Source of the DNA: an uncultured Candidatus Saccharibacteria bacterium
GTDB lineage: Bacteria > Patescibacteriota > Minisyncoccia > UBA6257 > GWB1-50-10
Direction: 5' to 3'
Assembly: GCA_964356375.1 (NCBI GenBank)
Contig: CAYHGT010000002.1
Span: 7,056-71,055 of the forward strand
DNA: 64,000 nucleotides
The position numbers and the translations under genes are program-made. Shown piece by piece: positions 8,525 through 17,223 of this stretch. The first letter of the stretch is position 1; each line of letters opens with the position of its first letter. The notes beneath the pieces are model-generated. The model had not been told where the DNA came from. It searched no databases and saw only the letters and a program-made list of their open reading frames with translations.

Positions 8525-9004
8525 ATGAGAAAGCAAGGATATTTTAAAAAGAAAGCATTTGTACCTGACACGAAAACCAATCGCACGGACATCGGTCGTT
8601 TTATTAACTACATAATGGAAGACGGTAGAAAAGCAGCGGCTGAAAAAGTTGTCTATTCCGCGTTGGAGTCCATCAAGGAAACAACGAAAGAAGATCCGAT
8701 TCACATATTTGAAAAAGCATTGGAAAACGCTAATCCGCTTTTGGAAGTTGTTTCAAAGCGTATTGGTGGTGCAAACTACCAGATTCCTCGAGAAGTTCGT
8801 CCAGAACGCCAGTTTTTTCTCGCAACACATTGGATAATCAAGGCGGCAAAGGCAAAAAAGGGAAAGCCGATGGGTGAGCGTCTCGCAGAAGAACTCATTC
8901 TCGCGTCAAAGAACGAAGGAACCGCAATCAAAAAGAAGCAGGACACGCATCGCATGGCCGAAGCGAATAGAGCATTTGCATCACTCATGCGTTCATCGTC
9001 TTAA
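8525..9004 (+). CDS. rpsG: 30S ribosomal protein S7
   Basis: Typical S7 sequence (RFINYIMEDGRKAAAEKVVY...GANYQIPREVRPERQ). Confidence 0.9.
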   Translation: MRKQGYFKKKAFVPDTKTNRTDIGRFINYIMEDGRKAAAEKVVYSALESIKETTKEDPIHIFEKALENANPLLEVVSKRIGGANYQIPREVRPERQFFLATHWIIKAAKAKKGKPMGERLAEELILASKNEGTAIKKKQDTHRMAEANRAFASLMRSSS

Positions 9005-9021
9005 AAGAGTCAGCAAGGGCT

Positions 9022-9050
9022 CGGCTCTCATAAGAGAGCCGATTTTTTAA
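9022..9050 (+). terminator. intrinsic terminator between rpsG and fusA
   Basis: GGCTCTC-ataa-GAGAGCC stem followed by GATTTTTT. Confidence 0.6.
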
Positions 9051-9078
9051 GAATCACAAAACATACCAAAACAAATTT

Positions 9079-11193
9079 ATGCCAAGAGAATACCCAATTG
9101 AAAAAGTAAGAGATATTGGAATCATCGCTCACATTGATGCGGGAAAAACAACCGTATCGGAGCGCGTGCTTTTTTATACAGGCGTGTCGCACAAAATAGG
9201 CGAGGTACACGAAGGCGAGGCGATTATGGATTGGATGGACCAGGAGCGAGAGCGCGGTATTACGATTACATCGGCTGCGACAACTTGCTTTTGGACGCCA
9301 ACCTATGTGCCCGCAGATAAGAAAAAAGAATTTGAGTATCGCATTAACCTCATTGATACACCCGGACACATTGACTTTACCGTTGAGGTGAAGCGTTCAC
9401 TCCGCGTGCTTGATGGCGCGGTCGTCGTGTTTGATGGCGTGTCTGGTGTGGAACCGCAGTCGGAAACAAACTGGCGCTATGCAGACGAGTACGGTGTACC
9501 GCGCATTTGCTTCATCAACAAACTTGATCGTATGGGTGCGAATTTTGAAAACAGTTTTAATTCTATAATTGAGCGTCTTACTCCGAATGCAATTCCAATA
9601 CAATTGCCAATTGGAATTGAGGAAAATTTAAGTGGCGTCGTAGACCTAATGGAGAAGAAGGCATACAAGTTTGAGGGAGAGCGCGGAGAGCGCACGGTTG
9701 AGGTTCCGATTCCCGATGATATGAAGGAATTGGTGGACAAGAAGCGCCACGAACTTATTGAAAAGATTTCTGAAACGGATGATGTGCTTATCGCAAAGTT
9801 TTTGGATGGCATAGAGCCGACACTTGCCGAACTCAAGAAAGCGCTTCGCGCGGCGACACTCGCAGTGAAAATTGTTCCAGTGCTTGCAGGTTCAGCACTC
9901 AAGAACAAAGGTGTGCAATTTATGTTGGACGCAGTTATTGATTATCTTCCGTCTCCTATTGATTTGCCTCCGATGAAGAGTATAAATTCCGAGACGCACG
10001 CAGAAGAATTTCATCATCCTGATGATAACGAGCCATTGACCGCACTCGCATTCAAGATTGCAACCGATCCGTTTGTGGGTTCGCTCACATTTTTTCGCGT
10101 CTATTCAGGCACATTGAAGAGGGGTAGTTATGTATTGAATGCCACGAAAAATAAACAGGAACGCATTGGTCGTATTGTGCGCATGCACGCAAACCACAGA
10201 GAAGAAGTAGAAGAAATTTATGCAGGCGATATCGGCGCGCTCGTGGGTTTGAAAGACACGACGACGGGAGATAGTTTGACTGATCCTGAGCATCCGACAA
10301 TTTTGGAGCGCATCGTGTTCCCGGAGCCCGTTATCGCAATTCGTATTGAGCCAAAAACAAAAGCGGACCAAGAAAAAATGGGTCTTGCGTTGCACAAGCT
10401 TGCAGAAGAAGACCCGACATTTAAAGTGCACGGAGATGTGGAAACCGGAGAAACAATTATCGCGGGCATGGGTGAACTTCACCTTGAGGTGCTTGTGGAG
10501 CGTATGAAGCGCGAATTTAATGTGGAAGCAAATGTGGGGCGTCCGCAGGTTGCCTATAAGGAAACTATCAAGGGCAAGGGAGATGCGGAAGGTAAATATA
10601 TCAAACAGTCCGGTGGTAAGGGTCAGTACGGACATGTGAAGCTTAGGGTAGAAGCATTGGAACGCGGTGGAGGATTTGAATTCGTGGACGATATTAAGGG
10701 CGGTTCAATTCCAAAAGAATTTATTAACCCGGTTAAAAAGGGTATTGAAGAAACAGTTGCGCGTGGTGTGCTTGCCGGGTATCCAGTGGTAGACGTGAAG
10801 GTCACACTCTACGATGGATCATTTCATGAAGTTGACTCATCAGAATTTGCGTTTAAGATTGCGGGCTCAATGGCATTCCAGGAAGCAACGAAGCAAGCAA
10901 AGCTCATACTCTTGGAACCTGTTATGAAGGTGCAGGCAATCGCGCCCGCAAATTTCTTGGGCGACATCACGGGAGACCTTAGTTCACGAAGAGCGAAAAT
11001 TTCCGCGATGGGTGAGAGAGGTAATCTTCGCGTGATTGATGCAACGTGTCCGATGGCTGAAATGTTTGGCTACGTGACAACGCTTCGCTCAATGACACAG
11101 GGTCGTGGAAGTTTCAGTATGGAATTCTCGCACTACGAAGAAGTCCCAGGCAATGTGGCAATAGCCGTGATTGAAGGGAGACAGAAAAAATAA
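9079..11193 (+). CDS. fusA: elongation factor G
   Basis: G-domain [22 protein letters not shown], and the full five-domain length (704 aa). Confidence 0.95.
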   Translation: MPREYPIEKVRDIGIIAHIDAGKTTVSERVLFYTGVSHKIGEVHEGEAIMDWMDQERERGITITSAATTCFWTPTYVPADKKKEFEYRINLIDTPGHIDFTVEVKRSLRVLDGAVVVFDGVSGVEPQSETNWRYADEYGVPRICFINKLDRMGANFENSFNSIIERLTPNAIPIQLPIGIEENLSGVVDLMEKKAYKFEGERGERTVEVPIPDDMKELVDKKRHELIEKISETDDVLIAKFLDGIEPTLAELKKALRAATLAVKIVPVLAGSALKNKGVQFMLDAVIDYLPSPIDLPPMKSINSETHAEEFHHPDDNEPLTALAFKIATDPFVGSLTFFRVYSGTLKRGSYVLNATKNKQERIGRIVRMHANHREEVEEIYAGDIGALVGLKDTTTGDSLTDPEHPTILERIVFPEPVIAIRIEPKTKADQEKMGLALHKLAEEDPTFKVHGDVETGETIIAGMGELHLEVLVERMKREFNVEANVGRPQVAYKETIKGKGDAEGKYIKQSGGKGQYGHVKLRVEALERGGGFEFVDDIKGGSIPKEFINPVKKGIEETVARGVLAGYPVVDVKVTLYDGSFHEVDSSEFAFKIAGSMAFQEATKQAKLILLEPVMKVQAIAPANFLGDITGDLSSRRAKISAMGERGNLRVIDATCPMAEMFGYVTTLRSMTQGRGSFSMEFSHYEEVPGNVAIAVIEGRQKK

Positions 11194-11222
11194 CAGTCGG
11201 TAAAAATATAAGTAACTGATAA

Positions 11223-11257
11223 TACAGCGCTGTGCTATAGCCGGCGCTGTATTATAG
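11223..11257 (+). other. hairpin after fusA: 11-bp stem TAATACAGCGC/GCGCTGTATTA with a 13-nt loop and no T-tract
   Basis: Inverted repeat read from the sequence. Coordinates are approximate. Sits between the fusA stop and the promoter of the first island gene. Confidence 0.5.
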
Positions 11258-11270
11258 ATGAGAAATAATC

Positions 11271-11299
11271 TTGACACATTTTTTTGTGTGTTGTATTTT
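11271..11299 (+). promoter_or_regulatory. sigma70-like promoter for island gene 1
   Basis: -35 TTGACA (11271-11276), 17-nt spacer, -10 TATTTT. Followed by RBS AAGGAGG and an ATG at 11335. Confidence 0.45.
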
Positions 11300-11334
11300 T
11301 GGAACAGCTCTTAATAGCTATAAGGAGGAAGGTA

Positions 11335-12024
11335 ATGAAAAATTTTTCGGGCCCTGAAAAGATGACGGGGATTTCCGTCGCAGCATTTACTGATATGTTG
11401 GGCCTTTCTGATGCTTGGCCGTTTCAACCCGAACATGAATTAAATTGCTGTCGAGCATATACAAACGGTTCTGACGACACGTCCAGTTACGGGGTATATC
11501 GCCAACAAATCATTCTGGAGCAATGGGTTGCGATTTCTTTGAAAAGAATCGAAACCGCCTCCGAGTACAAGGAAATAATGTGGGCCTTAAGCCTCACTCC
11601 AGACCAAATGGTTGGCGTGCGTACCATCGCAAAACAAGCCGCCATTGAGAAATGGTGCGAGATTGCCATGAAGGCGGTTCGGGGCGCGTTTACCTACGAT
11701 CAAATGTGGCGCGTGTCCCGCGAGTGCCCTCCCAACAGTCCTGAGAAGAATGCGCTGCGAGTGAAGTGGCAGGAAATTTCTGCGAAGTGGATAAAAAGAG
11801 CGTCTACGCTCGAAAAGGCGCGACTGGCATACGAACGCTCACTTGATAGAAGTGAAGAGCAAGAAGAAGCGCTTGAAAAGTGGATGAGCTTTTGCACTAC
11901 GATTGAGGACTGGCATCTATTGCGTTTACGTGTTCCAATCGGAAGCGTGGAATCGCATACCGCATTGCGCAAGATGGCTGAGCTCTACGAGCTTATTCCA
12001 GAATCCGAAAACACTTCCTCATAA
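11335..12024 (+). CDS. hypothetical cytoplasmic protein with periodic Trp-containing helical repeats (orphan)
   Basis: Strong RBS AAGGAGGAAGG 5 nt before the ATG at 11335; the tracked ORF starts at 11284. Recurring xxW motifs (EQWVAIS, EIMWALS, EKWCEIA, VKWQEIS, EKWMSFC). No known domain. Confidence 0.5.
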   Translation: MKNFSGPEKMTGISVAAFTDMLGLSDAWPFQPEHELNCCRAYTNGSDDTSSYGVYRQQIILEQWVAISLKRIETASEYKEIMWALSLTPDQMVGVRTIAKQAAIEKWCEIAMKAVRGAFTYDQMWRVSRECPPNSPEKNALRVKWQEISAKWIKRASTLEKARLAYERSLDRSEEQEEALEKWMSFCTTIEDWHLLRLRVPIGSVESHTALRKMAELYELIPESENTSS

Positions 12025-12032
12025 TTAACAAT

Positions 12033-12062
12033 CTCCCCGCACCAAGCGCGGGGAATTTTTAT
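12033..12062 (+). terminator. rho-independent terminator
   Basis: CCCCGC-accaa-GCGGGG followed by AATTTTT. Confidence 0.7.
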
Positions 12063-12064
12063 AT

Positions 12065-12092
12065 TTGAAAATCGTTGTGCAATGTTTATAAT
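12065..12092 (+). promoter_or_regulatory. near-consensus promoter placing the TSS at the start codon of island gene 2 (leaderless candidate)
   Basis: -35 TTGAAA (12065-12070), 16-nt spacer, -10 TATAAT (12087-12092). The ATG at 12100 is 7 nt after the -10 element. Confidence 0.45.
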
Positions 12093-12099
12093 GATTCGT

Positions 12100-12774
12100 A
12101 TGGATAAAAAGAAATCAGTATTGATACAAGTGGTGGTGGTCTTAGCAATCATCGGTATTGCGATTGGCGCATATACAATGATTGCAAAGAAGGTGGTACC
12201 AAGGAATGATGGGCAGATAGAACAAGCTGTCACGACTTCAACTCCTACGCCTTCTGCGCCCGTCATCACCCGTTCCGCAACCTCAACTGTAAAAAAGGTG
12301 AGTGATATATCACAGCCAACAGCATGGAAAACATACACGAGCGAGAAATATGGATTTGCATTTCAGTATCCTGCACTATCAACGGTGACTCTCGCATCAT
12401 CAAGTAGCTCGGTTGCGACAACGGTGAGCGTGAAATTACAGGATTCAAACATTGCCTACCTTGGCAACGGAAAATTTATTAAATTTCAAGTATACGACAA
12501 GGACTCGTTCGTTCAGTATTCCGAGGCATCTCAATGTAAATCATTTGCGCGAACCTCGCTTACCATAGATGGAAAAACGATGGATATTGTGGAGCATGAT
12601 AAATGTAAGGGTGAGGAGGGCATAATTAGCTCAACACACTACACACATGCGATTATTCCGCTTTCTGACACACAAGACATTGTGTTCACAGCAAGTTTGG
12701 GAAGCTTACCATTTGAAAAAAATGATTTTGTAAATGTAATTTTGAAGACATTCAAGTTTATTCCGCGAACATAA
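12100..12774 (+). CDS. hypothetical membrane-anchored/secreted protein (orphan)
   Basis: N-terminal TM (VLIQVVVVLAIIGIAIGAY), a T/S/P linker and a C-terminal globular region containing Cys residues. No known domain. Confidence 0.5.
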   Translation: MDKKKSVLIQVVVVLAIIGIAIGAYTMIAKKVVPRNDGQIEQAVTTSTPTPSAPVITRSATSTVKKVSDISQPTAWKTYTSEKYGFAFQYPALSTVTLASSSSSVATTVSVKLQDSNIAYLGNGKFIKFQVYDKDSFVQYSEASQCKSFARTSLTIDGKTMDIVEHDKCKGEEGIISSTHYTHAIIPLSDTQDIVFTASLGSLPFEKNDFVNVILKTFKFIPRT

Positions 12775-12792
12775 TAACGCGAGAATAAAAAA

Positions 12793-12828
12793 TACCGCCA
12801 CTATAGTTAACTATAGTGGCGGTATTTT
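12793..12828 (+). terminator. rho-independent terminator
   Basis: ACCGCCACTATAG-ttaa-CTATAGTGGCGGT stem of 13 bp, followed by ATTTT. Confidence 0.75.
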
Positions 12829-12839
12829 GATGGATGAGT

Positions 12840-12868
12840 TTGACAAATAATCGTTTACTTTATATAAC
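12840..12868 (+). promoter_or_regulatory. sigma70-like promoter for island gene 3
   Basis: -35 TTGACA, 17-nt spacer, -10 TATAAC. Confidence 0.45.
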
Positions 12869-12887
12869 TCATATTAGTTATTTCACA

Positions 12888-13340
12888 ATGAGTGGGTCGC
12901 ACATGAAAGCGCGCAAAAAGATTGAGGAGTTGGAGCTTATGCAAAGCGCACTCGCAGAGAAAATGAGCGTGCTGGCAGACAAGATTAAAAATCTTACACA
13001 CAGGCGCATAGACGTACTTCTAACCCGATGCATCAATCTTCTTATGGGCAACGGTGAAATTACAACTCATTGCACGGATAAAAAGGGCGTAGGGGTTGCG
13101 TTGTTGGCGTACCATAACAGTTCCCTTTCCCTTGAGTGCAACCTCTTTATGTTGTCATCAATGAACGCTTGTTACAGAGTTTCTGCATATTTTGAAGGGT
13201 GGCAGGTGCTTGAATGTGTAGGCCGGTGGACCAAGAAGACAGGTATTGTGGGAACACTATTGATTCTCTACACTCCTGGTGATTGGGAAGACCAGATTCA
13301 AAAAATAAGACCAAAAAAGTGGCAGAAGGATAGCCAATAA
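12888..13340 (+). CDS. hypothetical protein (orphan)
   Basis: Start placed at the ATG at 12888, downstream of the promoter; the tracked ORF starts at 12834. N-terminal coiled-coil-like region (KKIEELELMQSALAEKMSVLADKIKNL). No known domain. Confidence 0.4.
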   Translation: MSGSHMKARKKIEELELMQSALAEKMSVLADKIKNLTHRRIDVLLTRCINLLMGNGEITTHCTDKKGVGVALLAYHNSSLSLECNLFMLSSMNACYRVSAYFEGWQVLECVGRWTKKTGIVGTLLILYTPGDWEDQIQKIRPKKWQKDSQ

Positions 13341-13347
13341 ATTTCAA

Positions 13348-13373
13348 TGCCCCGCGTATGCGGGGTATTTTTG
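13348..13373 (+). terminator. rho-independent terminator
   Basis: CCCCGCG-tat-GCGGGG followed by TATTTTT. Confidence 0.7.
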
Positions 13374-13459
13374 TACTTGCATCTAGCTCAAGCGTATGCG
13401 ATATTCAAATTGTTCATTCCCAATATTTCTTTCAGAAAGGAGGCGTTGTGGGAAACGAA

Positions 13460-13804
13460 ATGTCATTTGTAAATGAGGCGGCTACTTTCGCAACGCGTAT
13501 CGTAAGCGTCGCGCTTCAGCAGTTAGAAAAAATTCAGCAAAATGGAAATTTTAGAGCAAGATACGAAAGCTCGGAAATTCAAGGCAATGATGCGCGAGGG
13601 CGTCAGCTCGTTGCGCTGGACATCGTATTTGACGAACGTGTTCGTGTGAATGCAACCTGTCAGGTTCATTGTGTGGATGGTAGATGGCAGTATGGCATGG
13701 CTAGCATCCTCTTTTTGGATGAAACAAGGGAGTATAAGAAGTTTCACCGAAACTTTTGTGGACGCCTGAATACCGAGAACAAGTTGGAGGTGTACGAATT
13801 GTAA
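13460..13804 (+). CDS. hypothetical protein (orphan)
   Basis: RBS AAAGGAGG at 13435-13442. The ATG at 13460 is in frame with the tracked ORF, whose annotated 5' end overlaps the upstream terminator. Confidence 0.4.
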   Translation: MSFVNEAATFATRIVSVALQQLEKIQQNGNFRARYESSEIQGNDARGRQLVALDIVFDERVRVNATCQVHCVDGRWQYGMASILFLDETREYKKFHRNFCGRLNTENKLEVYEL

Positions 13805-13822
13805 GGTTTTCATTCAATTATT

Positions 13823-13857
13823 CCGCTCTGCCGTTTGGCGGGGCGGCCTTTTTTACT
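13823..13857 (+). terminator. GC-rich hairpin plus T-tract terminator
   Basis: CCGCTCTGCCGTTTGGCGGGGCGG followed by CCTTTTTT. Confidence 0.5.
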
Positions 13858-13974
13858 TGGAGAGGGGGCTACGTTGTATACAGGGTTGACTTTTTTTGAG
13901 GAATAGGTAAGAATTATCCTTGCTTGAAATAAACCTAAACAGGTCGAAAAAAACAAACAAAAAAGCAAAAACAT

Positions 13975-15174
13975 ATGGCAGAAAAAGCAAAATTTGAACG
14001 TACCAAGCCACACGTAAACATTGGTACCATCGGTCACGTTGACCACGGAAAGACCACTCTTACTGCGGCAATTACGCACATCCTTTTTATGAAGGGTCTT
14101 GCAAAGAAAGAAGAGGGGGTCGCTAACATTGACAACGCACCTGAGGAAAAGGCACGCGGTATTACAATCGCGCTCCACCACTCGGAGTATGAGTCAGTGA
14201 AGCGTCACTATGCGCACATTGATGCGCCGGGACACGCGGATTACATCAAAAACATGATTACGGGTGCCGCCCAAATGGATGGCGCAATTCTCGTGGTTGC
14301 TGCAACTGATGGTCCTATGCCCCAGACAAGAGAGCACATCCTTTTGGCCTACCAGGTTGGTGTGCCGAAAATCGTGGTCTTCTTGAACAAGGTTGATATG
14401 GTTGATGATCCTGAAATGTTGGATCTCGTGGAATCAGAAATCCGCGAACTTTTGAAGAAGTACAACTACGATGGTGATGCAACCCCGATTATTCGCGGTT
14501 CTGCATTGAAAGCGCTTGAAGCAAAGACGCTTGATGATCCTGCGGTGAAGCCAATTTTGGATCTTGTGCAAGCTGTTGATGACTTCATCCCTGAGCCAGT
14601 TCGCGAAACCGAAAAGCCGTTCCTTATGCCCATTGAGGACATTTTCTCAATCGAAGGTCGCGGTACCGTCTGCACGGGTCGCGTAGAGCGCGGTATGTTG
14701 AAGGTAAACGAGGAAGTTGAAATCATTGGCTTGAAGCCTACGCAGAAGACAGTAGTAACCGGAATAGAAATGTTCCAGAAGCTTCTTGATGATGCGCAAG
14801 CAGGAGATAACGTTGGTATTCTTCTTCGTGGTTTGAAGAAGGACGACATTGAACGCGGTCAGGTTATTGCTAAGCCTGGTTCCGTAACCCCGCACACAGA
14901 ATTTGAAGCAGAGGTGTATGTTCTTTCCAAGGAGGAAGGTGGACGTCACACTCCGTTCTTCAAAGGTTACAAACCGCAGTTCTACATTCGTACCACAGAC
15001 GTTACCGGTGAAGTAGTTTTACCGGCAGGAGTTGAAATGGTTATGCCTGGCGATACGGTCGGCATCACTGTGAAACTTATTGCGCCAGTTGCGCTTGAAG
15101 AGAAACAGCGTTTTGCAATTCGTGAAGGAGGCAAGACCGTTGGTGCGGGTGCGGTAGTAAAAATTCTTAAGTAA
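13975..15174 (+). CDS. tuf: elongation factor Tu
   Basis: [22 protein letters not shown], and the 399-aa three-domain architecture. Confidence 0.95.
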   Translation: MAEKAKFERTKPHVNIGTIGHVDHGKTTLTAAITHILFMKGLAKKEEGVANIDNAPEEKARGITIALHHSEYESVKRHYAHIDAPGHADYIKNMITGAAQMDGAILVVAATDGPMPQTREHILLAYQVGVPKIVVFLNKVDMVDDPEMLDLVESEIRELLKKYNYDGDATPIIRGSALKALEAKTLDDPAVKPILDLVQAVDDFIPEPVRETEKPFLMPIEDIFSIEGRGTVCTGRVERGMLKVNEEVEIIGLKPTQKTVVTGIEMFQKLLDDAQAGDNVGILLRGLKKDDIERGQVIAKPGSVTPHTEFEAEVYVLSKEEGGRHTPFFKGYKPQFYIRTTDVTGEVVLPAGVEMVMPGDTVGITVKLIAPVALEEKQRFAIREGGKTVGAGAVVKILK

Positions 15175-15188
15175 TTAAAACCCTACAT

Positions 15189-15208
15189 TCATGCCCCTTC
15201 GGGGGCAT
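15189..15208 (+). other. stable hairpin with a UUCG tetraloop between tuf and rpsJ
   Basis: CATGCCCC-TTCG-GGGGCATG, an 8-bp stem with no T-tract. Lies 22 nt upstream of the rpsJ ATG. Confidence 0.6.
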
Positions 15209-15230
15209 GAGTCGCATGGTATACCTATAA

Positions 15231-15563
15231 ATGGCAAAAAGAGACGAGCAACTTCAAAAAGAAAAATTGCGCCTTCGTATTAAATCATACGATGCGAAAC
15301 TCATTGATAGTTCCGTGAGGCAGATTGTTGAGGCAATCAAGCGACAAGGTGGGGACGTAATCGGCCCAATTCCCTTGCCTACAGAGTTCAGGAAATATTC
15401 CGTGAACCGTTCAACATTTGTACACAAAAAATCGGTAGATCAATTTGAACTTCGCGTGCACAAACGCCTTATTGATATTATGAATCCTCAGCAGAAGATT
15501 ATTGAGTCATTAACCAATTTGAATCTTCCCGCTGGAGTTGATGTTGAGATTAAAATGGGCTAA
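15231..15563 (+). CDS. rpsJ: 30S ribosomal protein S10
   Basis: Typical S10 sequence (IRLKSYDAKLIDSS...GPIPLPT). Confidence 0.9.
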   Translation: MAKRDEQLQKEKLRLRIKSYDAKLIDSSVRQIVEAIKRQGGDVIGPIPLPTEFRKYSVNRSTFVHKKSVDQFELRVHKRLIDIMNPQQKIIESLTNLNLPAGVDVEIKMG

Positions 15564-15744
15564 GTGCGTAGAAAAAGTATTGATCCTGTTAGAGGCAATA
15601 AGCTGTACGGGTATCAATATTTTTTACCCAGCATGAACAACCTCAATTCAACAAAAGATTTGTTGACTTAAGTCTCTAACGGGATTGACTTTAATTGAAG
15701 AGTAATTTACGATAGGTAAGGTTTAGCCAGATTTTTTCTACCGA

Positions 15745-15772
15745 AAACAACAGGGCTTGAACCTTGTTGTTT
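15745..15772 (+). promoter_or_regulatory. terminator-like hairpin abutting the rplC start codon (candidate attenuator)
   Basis: AAACAACAGG-gcttgaa-CCTTGTTGTTT (9 bp with one bulge), followed by TCATTTAAC then ATG. Sits at the end of a 218-nt non-coding spacer after rpsJ. Confidence 0.45.
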
Positions 15773-15781
15773 TCATTTAAC

Positions 15782-16213
15782 ATGGAAAAAGTAATTGCAA
15801 AAAAATTGAGAATGTCCCAAATCTGGAAGGACGGAAAGGTAATTCCAGTAACCCCGCTTCTTTGCGAAAAGGGCGATATTGACGCACTTTTTGCGTCGTT
15901 GAAAGACGGCGAATTAGTAATTGTATCTGGCACAAGCCGTGGAAAAGGATTTCAGGGCGTGGTGAAGCGTCACGGTTTTCATGGCGGTCCTAAGTCACAT
16001 GGTCAGAAAGACCGTCTTCGCGCACCAGGTTCTATCGGTCCAACAGCGCCACAGCGCGTGCTTCCGGGAAGAAAAATGGCGGGACACACAGGTAATCGCC
16101 GAGTGACCGTAAAAAATCTTATGGTTGCGGAATTGAAACCAGAAGAAAAAATCGTATTGGTCCGTGGCGCGGTTCCTGGGAATCGTGGTGGTGCAATAGA
16201 ACTTAGAAAATAA
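15782..16213 (+). CDS. rplC: 50S ribosomal protein L3, compacted form
   Basis: Conserved GTSRGKGFQGVVKRHGF, PGSIGP and KKMAGHTGNRRVTV blocks. Only 143 aa, missing the roughly 65-residue middle segment found in E. coli L3. Confidence 0.8.
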   Translation: MEKVIAKKLRMSQIWKDGKVIPVTPLLCEKGDIDALFASLKDGELVIVSGTSRGKGFQGVVKRHGFHGGPKSHGQKDRLRAPGSIGPTAPQRVLPGRKMAGHTGNRRVTVKNLMVAELKPEEKIVLVRGAVPGNRGGAIELRK

Positions 16214-16218
16214 GAATT

Positions 16219-16842
16219 ATGACAACCGACATTTACAACCAGGAGCATAAAAAGGTAGGAACGGTAGAATTGCCGAAACCGCTTTTTGGCGCAAAATGGA
16301 ACCCTGATCTCGTGCATCAGGTGATCGTCGCGTATGATGCAAATATCCGTAAAGTAATTGCGGTTGCGCGTGGTCGCGGTGATGTAAGTGGTGGTGGTAA
16401 GAAGCCATACAAACAAAAACACACAGGAAATGCGCGCGCAGGTTCTACCCGTTCTCCAATTTGGAAGGGTGGTGGTGTGTCGCATGGTCCAAAAGCAGAA
16501 CGAGATTTTTCAAAAAAGATAAATAAAAAGATGAAGCGTGGCGCGCTTGCATCGGTATTGTCAAAGAAACTTACTGATGGCGAAGTGCTCATCGTTGATT
16601 CATTGGAATTTAATACACGAAAGACAAAAGATGTAGCGGGTATGCTGAAGAACTTCTTTGATAAAAAGCAGAGCATTCTTTTTGTGTCTAGCAACGAAAA
16701 CAAATCACTTTTCCTCTCAGCAAGAAACATTCCGAAGGTGGAAATCACGCACGCGAGCGAATTGAACGCAAAAAATGTAATATTGCACAAGCATGTGATG
16801 ATTGAAAAGGGCGCGGTAGAAGAATTGTCTAAATCGAAATAA
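16219..16842 (+). CDS. rplD: 50S ribosomal protein L4
   Basis: Typical L4 sequence (KGTGRARxGS-like GNARAGSTRSPIWKGGGVSHGPK). Confidence 0.9.
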   Translation: MTTDIYNQEHKKVGTVELPKPLFGAKWNPDLVHQVIVAYDANIRKVIAVARGRGDVSGGGKKPYKQKHTGNARAGSTRSPIWKGGGVSHGPKAERDFSKKINKKMKRGALASVLSKKLTDGEVLIVDSLEFNTRKTKDVAGMLKNFFDKKQSILFVSSNENKSLFLSARNIPKVEITHASELNAKNVILHKHVMIEKGAVEELSKSK

Positions 16843-16853
16843 CGAACACGGCA

Positions 16854-17222
16854 ATGAATATTTTTAAAACTAAAGACGAGCAAAAGGAAGTGAAAACCGA
16901 GGTTTCGGTTGCGCCCGCAAAGAAATCTACGCACGGTGCCGCGCATTCTGTTATCCAGAGTGTTATTAAACGTCCACACGCAAGCGAGAAAGCATATAGT
17001 TTGCATGCGAAAAATCAGTACGTATTTATTGTGGAAAATTCTGCGAATAAAATCCTTGTTAAGGAAGAGGTACAACGCAGATACAACGTAAAAGTGGTTG
17101 ACGTGGATATGCTTGTGAACAAAGGCAAGGTAAAAACTTTCCGCGGTCGCCGTGGAAAAGCAGAGATATCCAAAAAGGCATACGTAACTTTGAAAGAGGG
17201 CGATAAAATAGAAATCGCATAA
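16854..17222 (+). CDS. rplW: 50S ribosomal protein L23
   Basis: L23 core (IKRPHASEKAYSL...YVFIV) with an N-terminal extension. Confidence 0.85.
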   Translation: MNIFKTKDEQKEVKTEVSVAPAKKSTHGAAHSVIQSVIKRPHASEKAYSLHAKNQYVFIVENSANKILVKEEVQRRYNVKVVDVDMLVNKGKVKTFRGRRGKAEISKKAYVTLKEGDKIEIA

Positions 17223-17223
17223 C

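Noticed and set aside
13886-13913. Candidate tuf promoter, TTGACT with a weak -10 (TAAGAA or GAATTA).
   Set aside because: The -35 is good but no convincing -10 lies at the correct spacing. It is left unannotated. tuf may be transcribed from here or by read-through past the weak upstream terminator.
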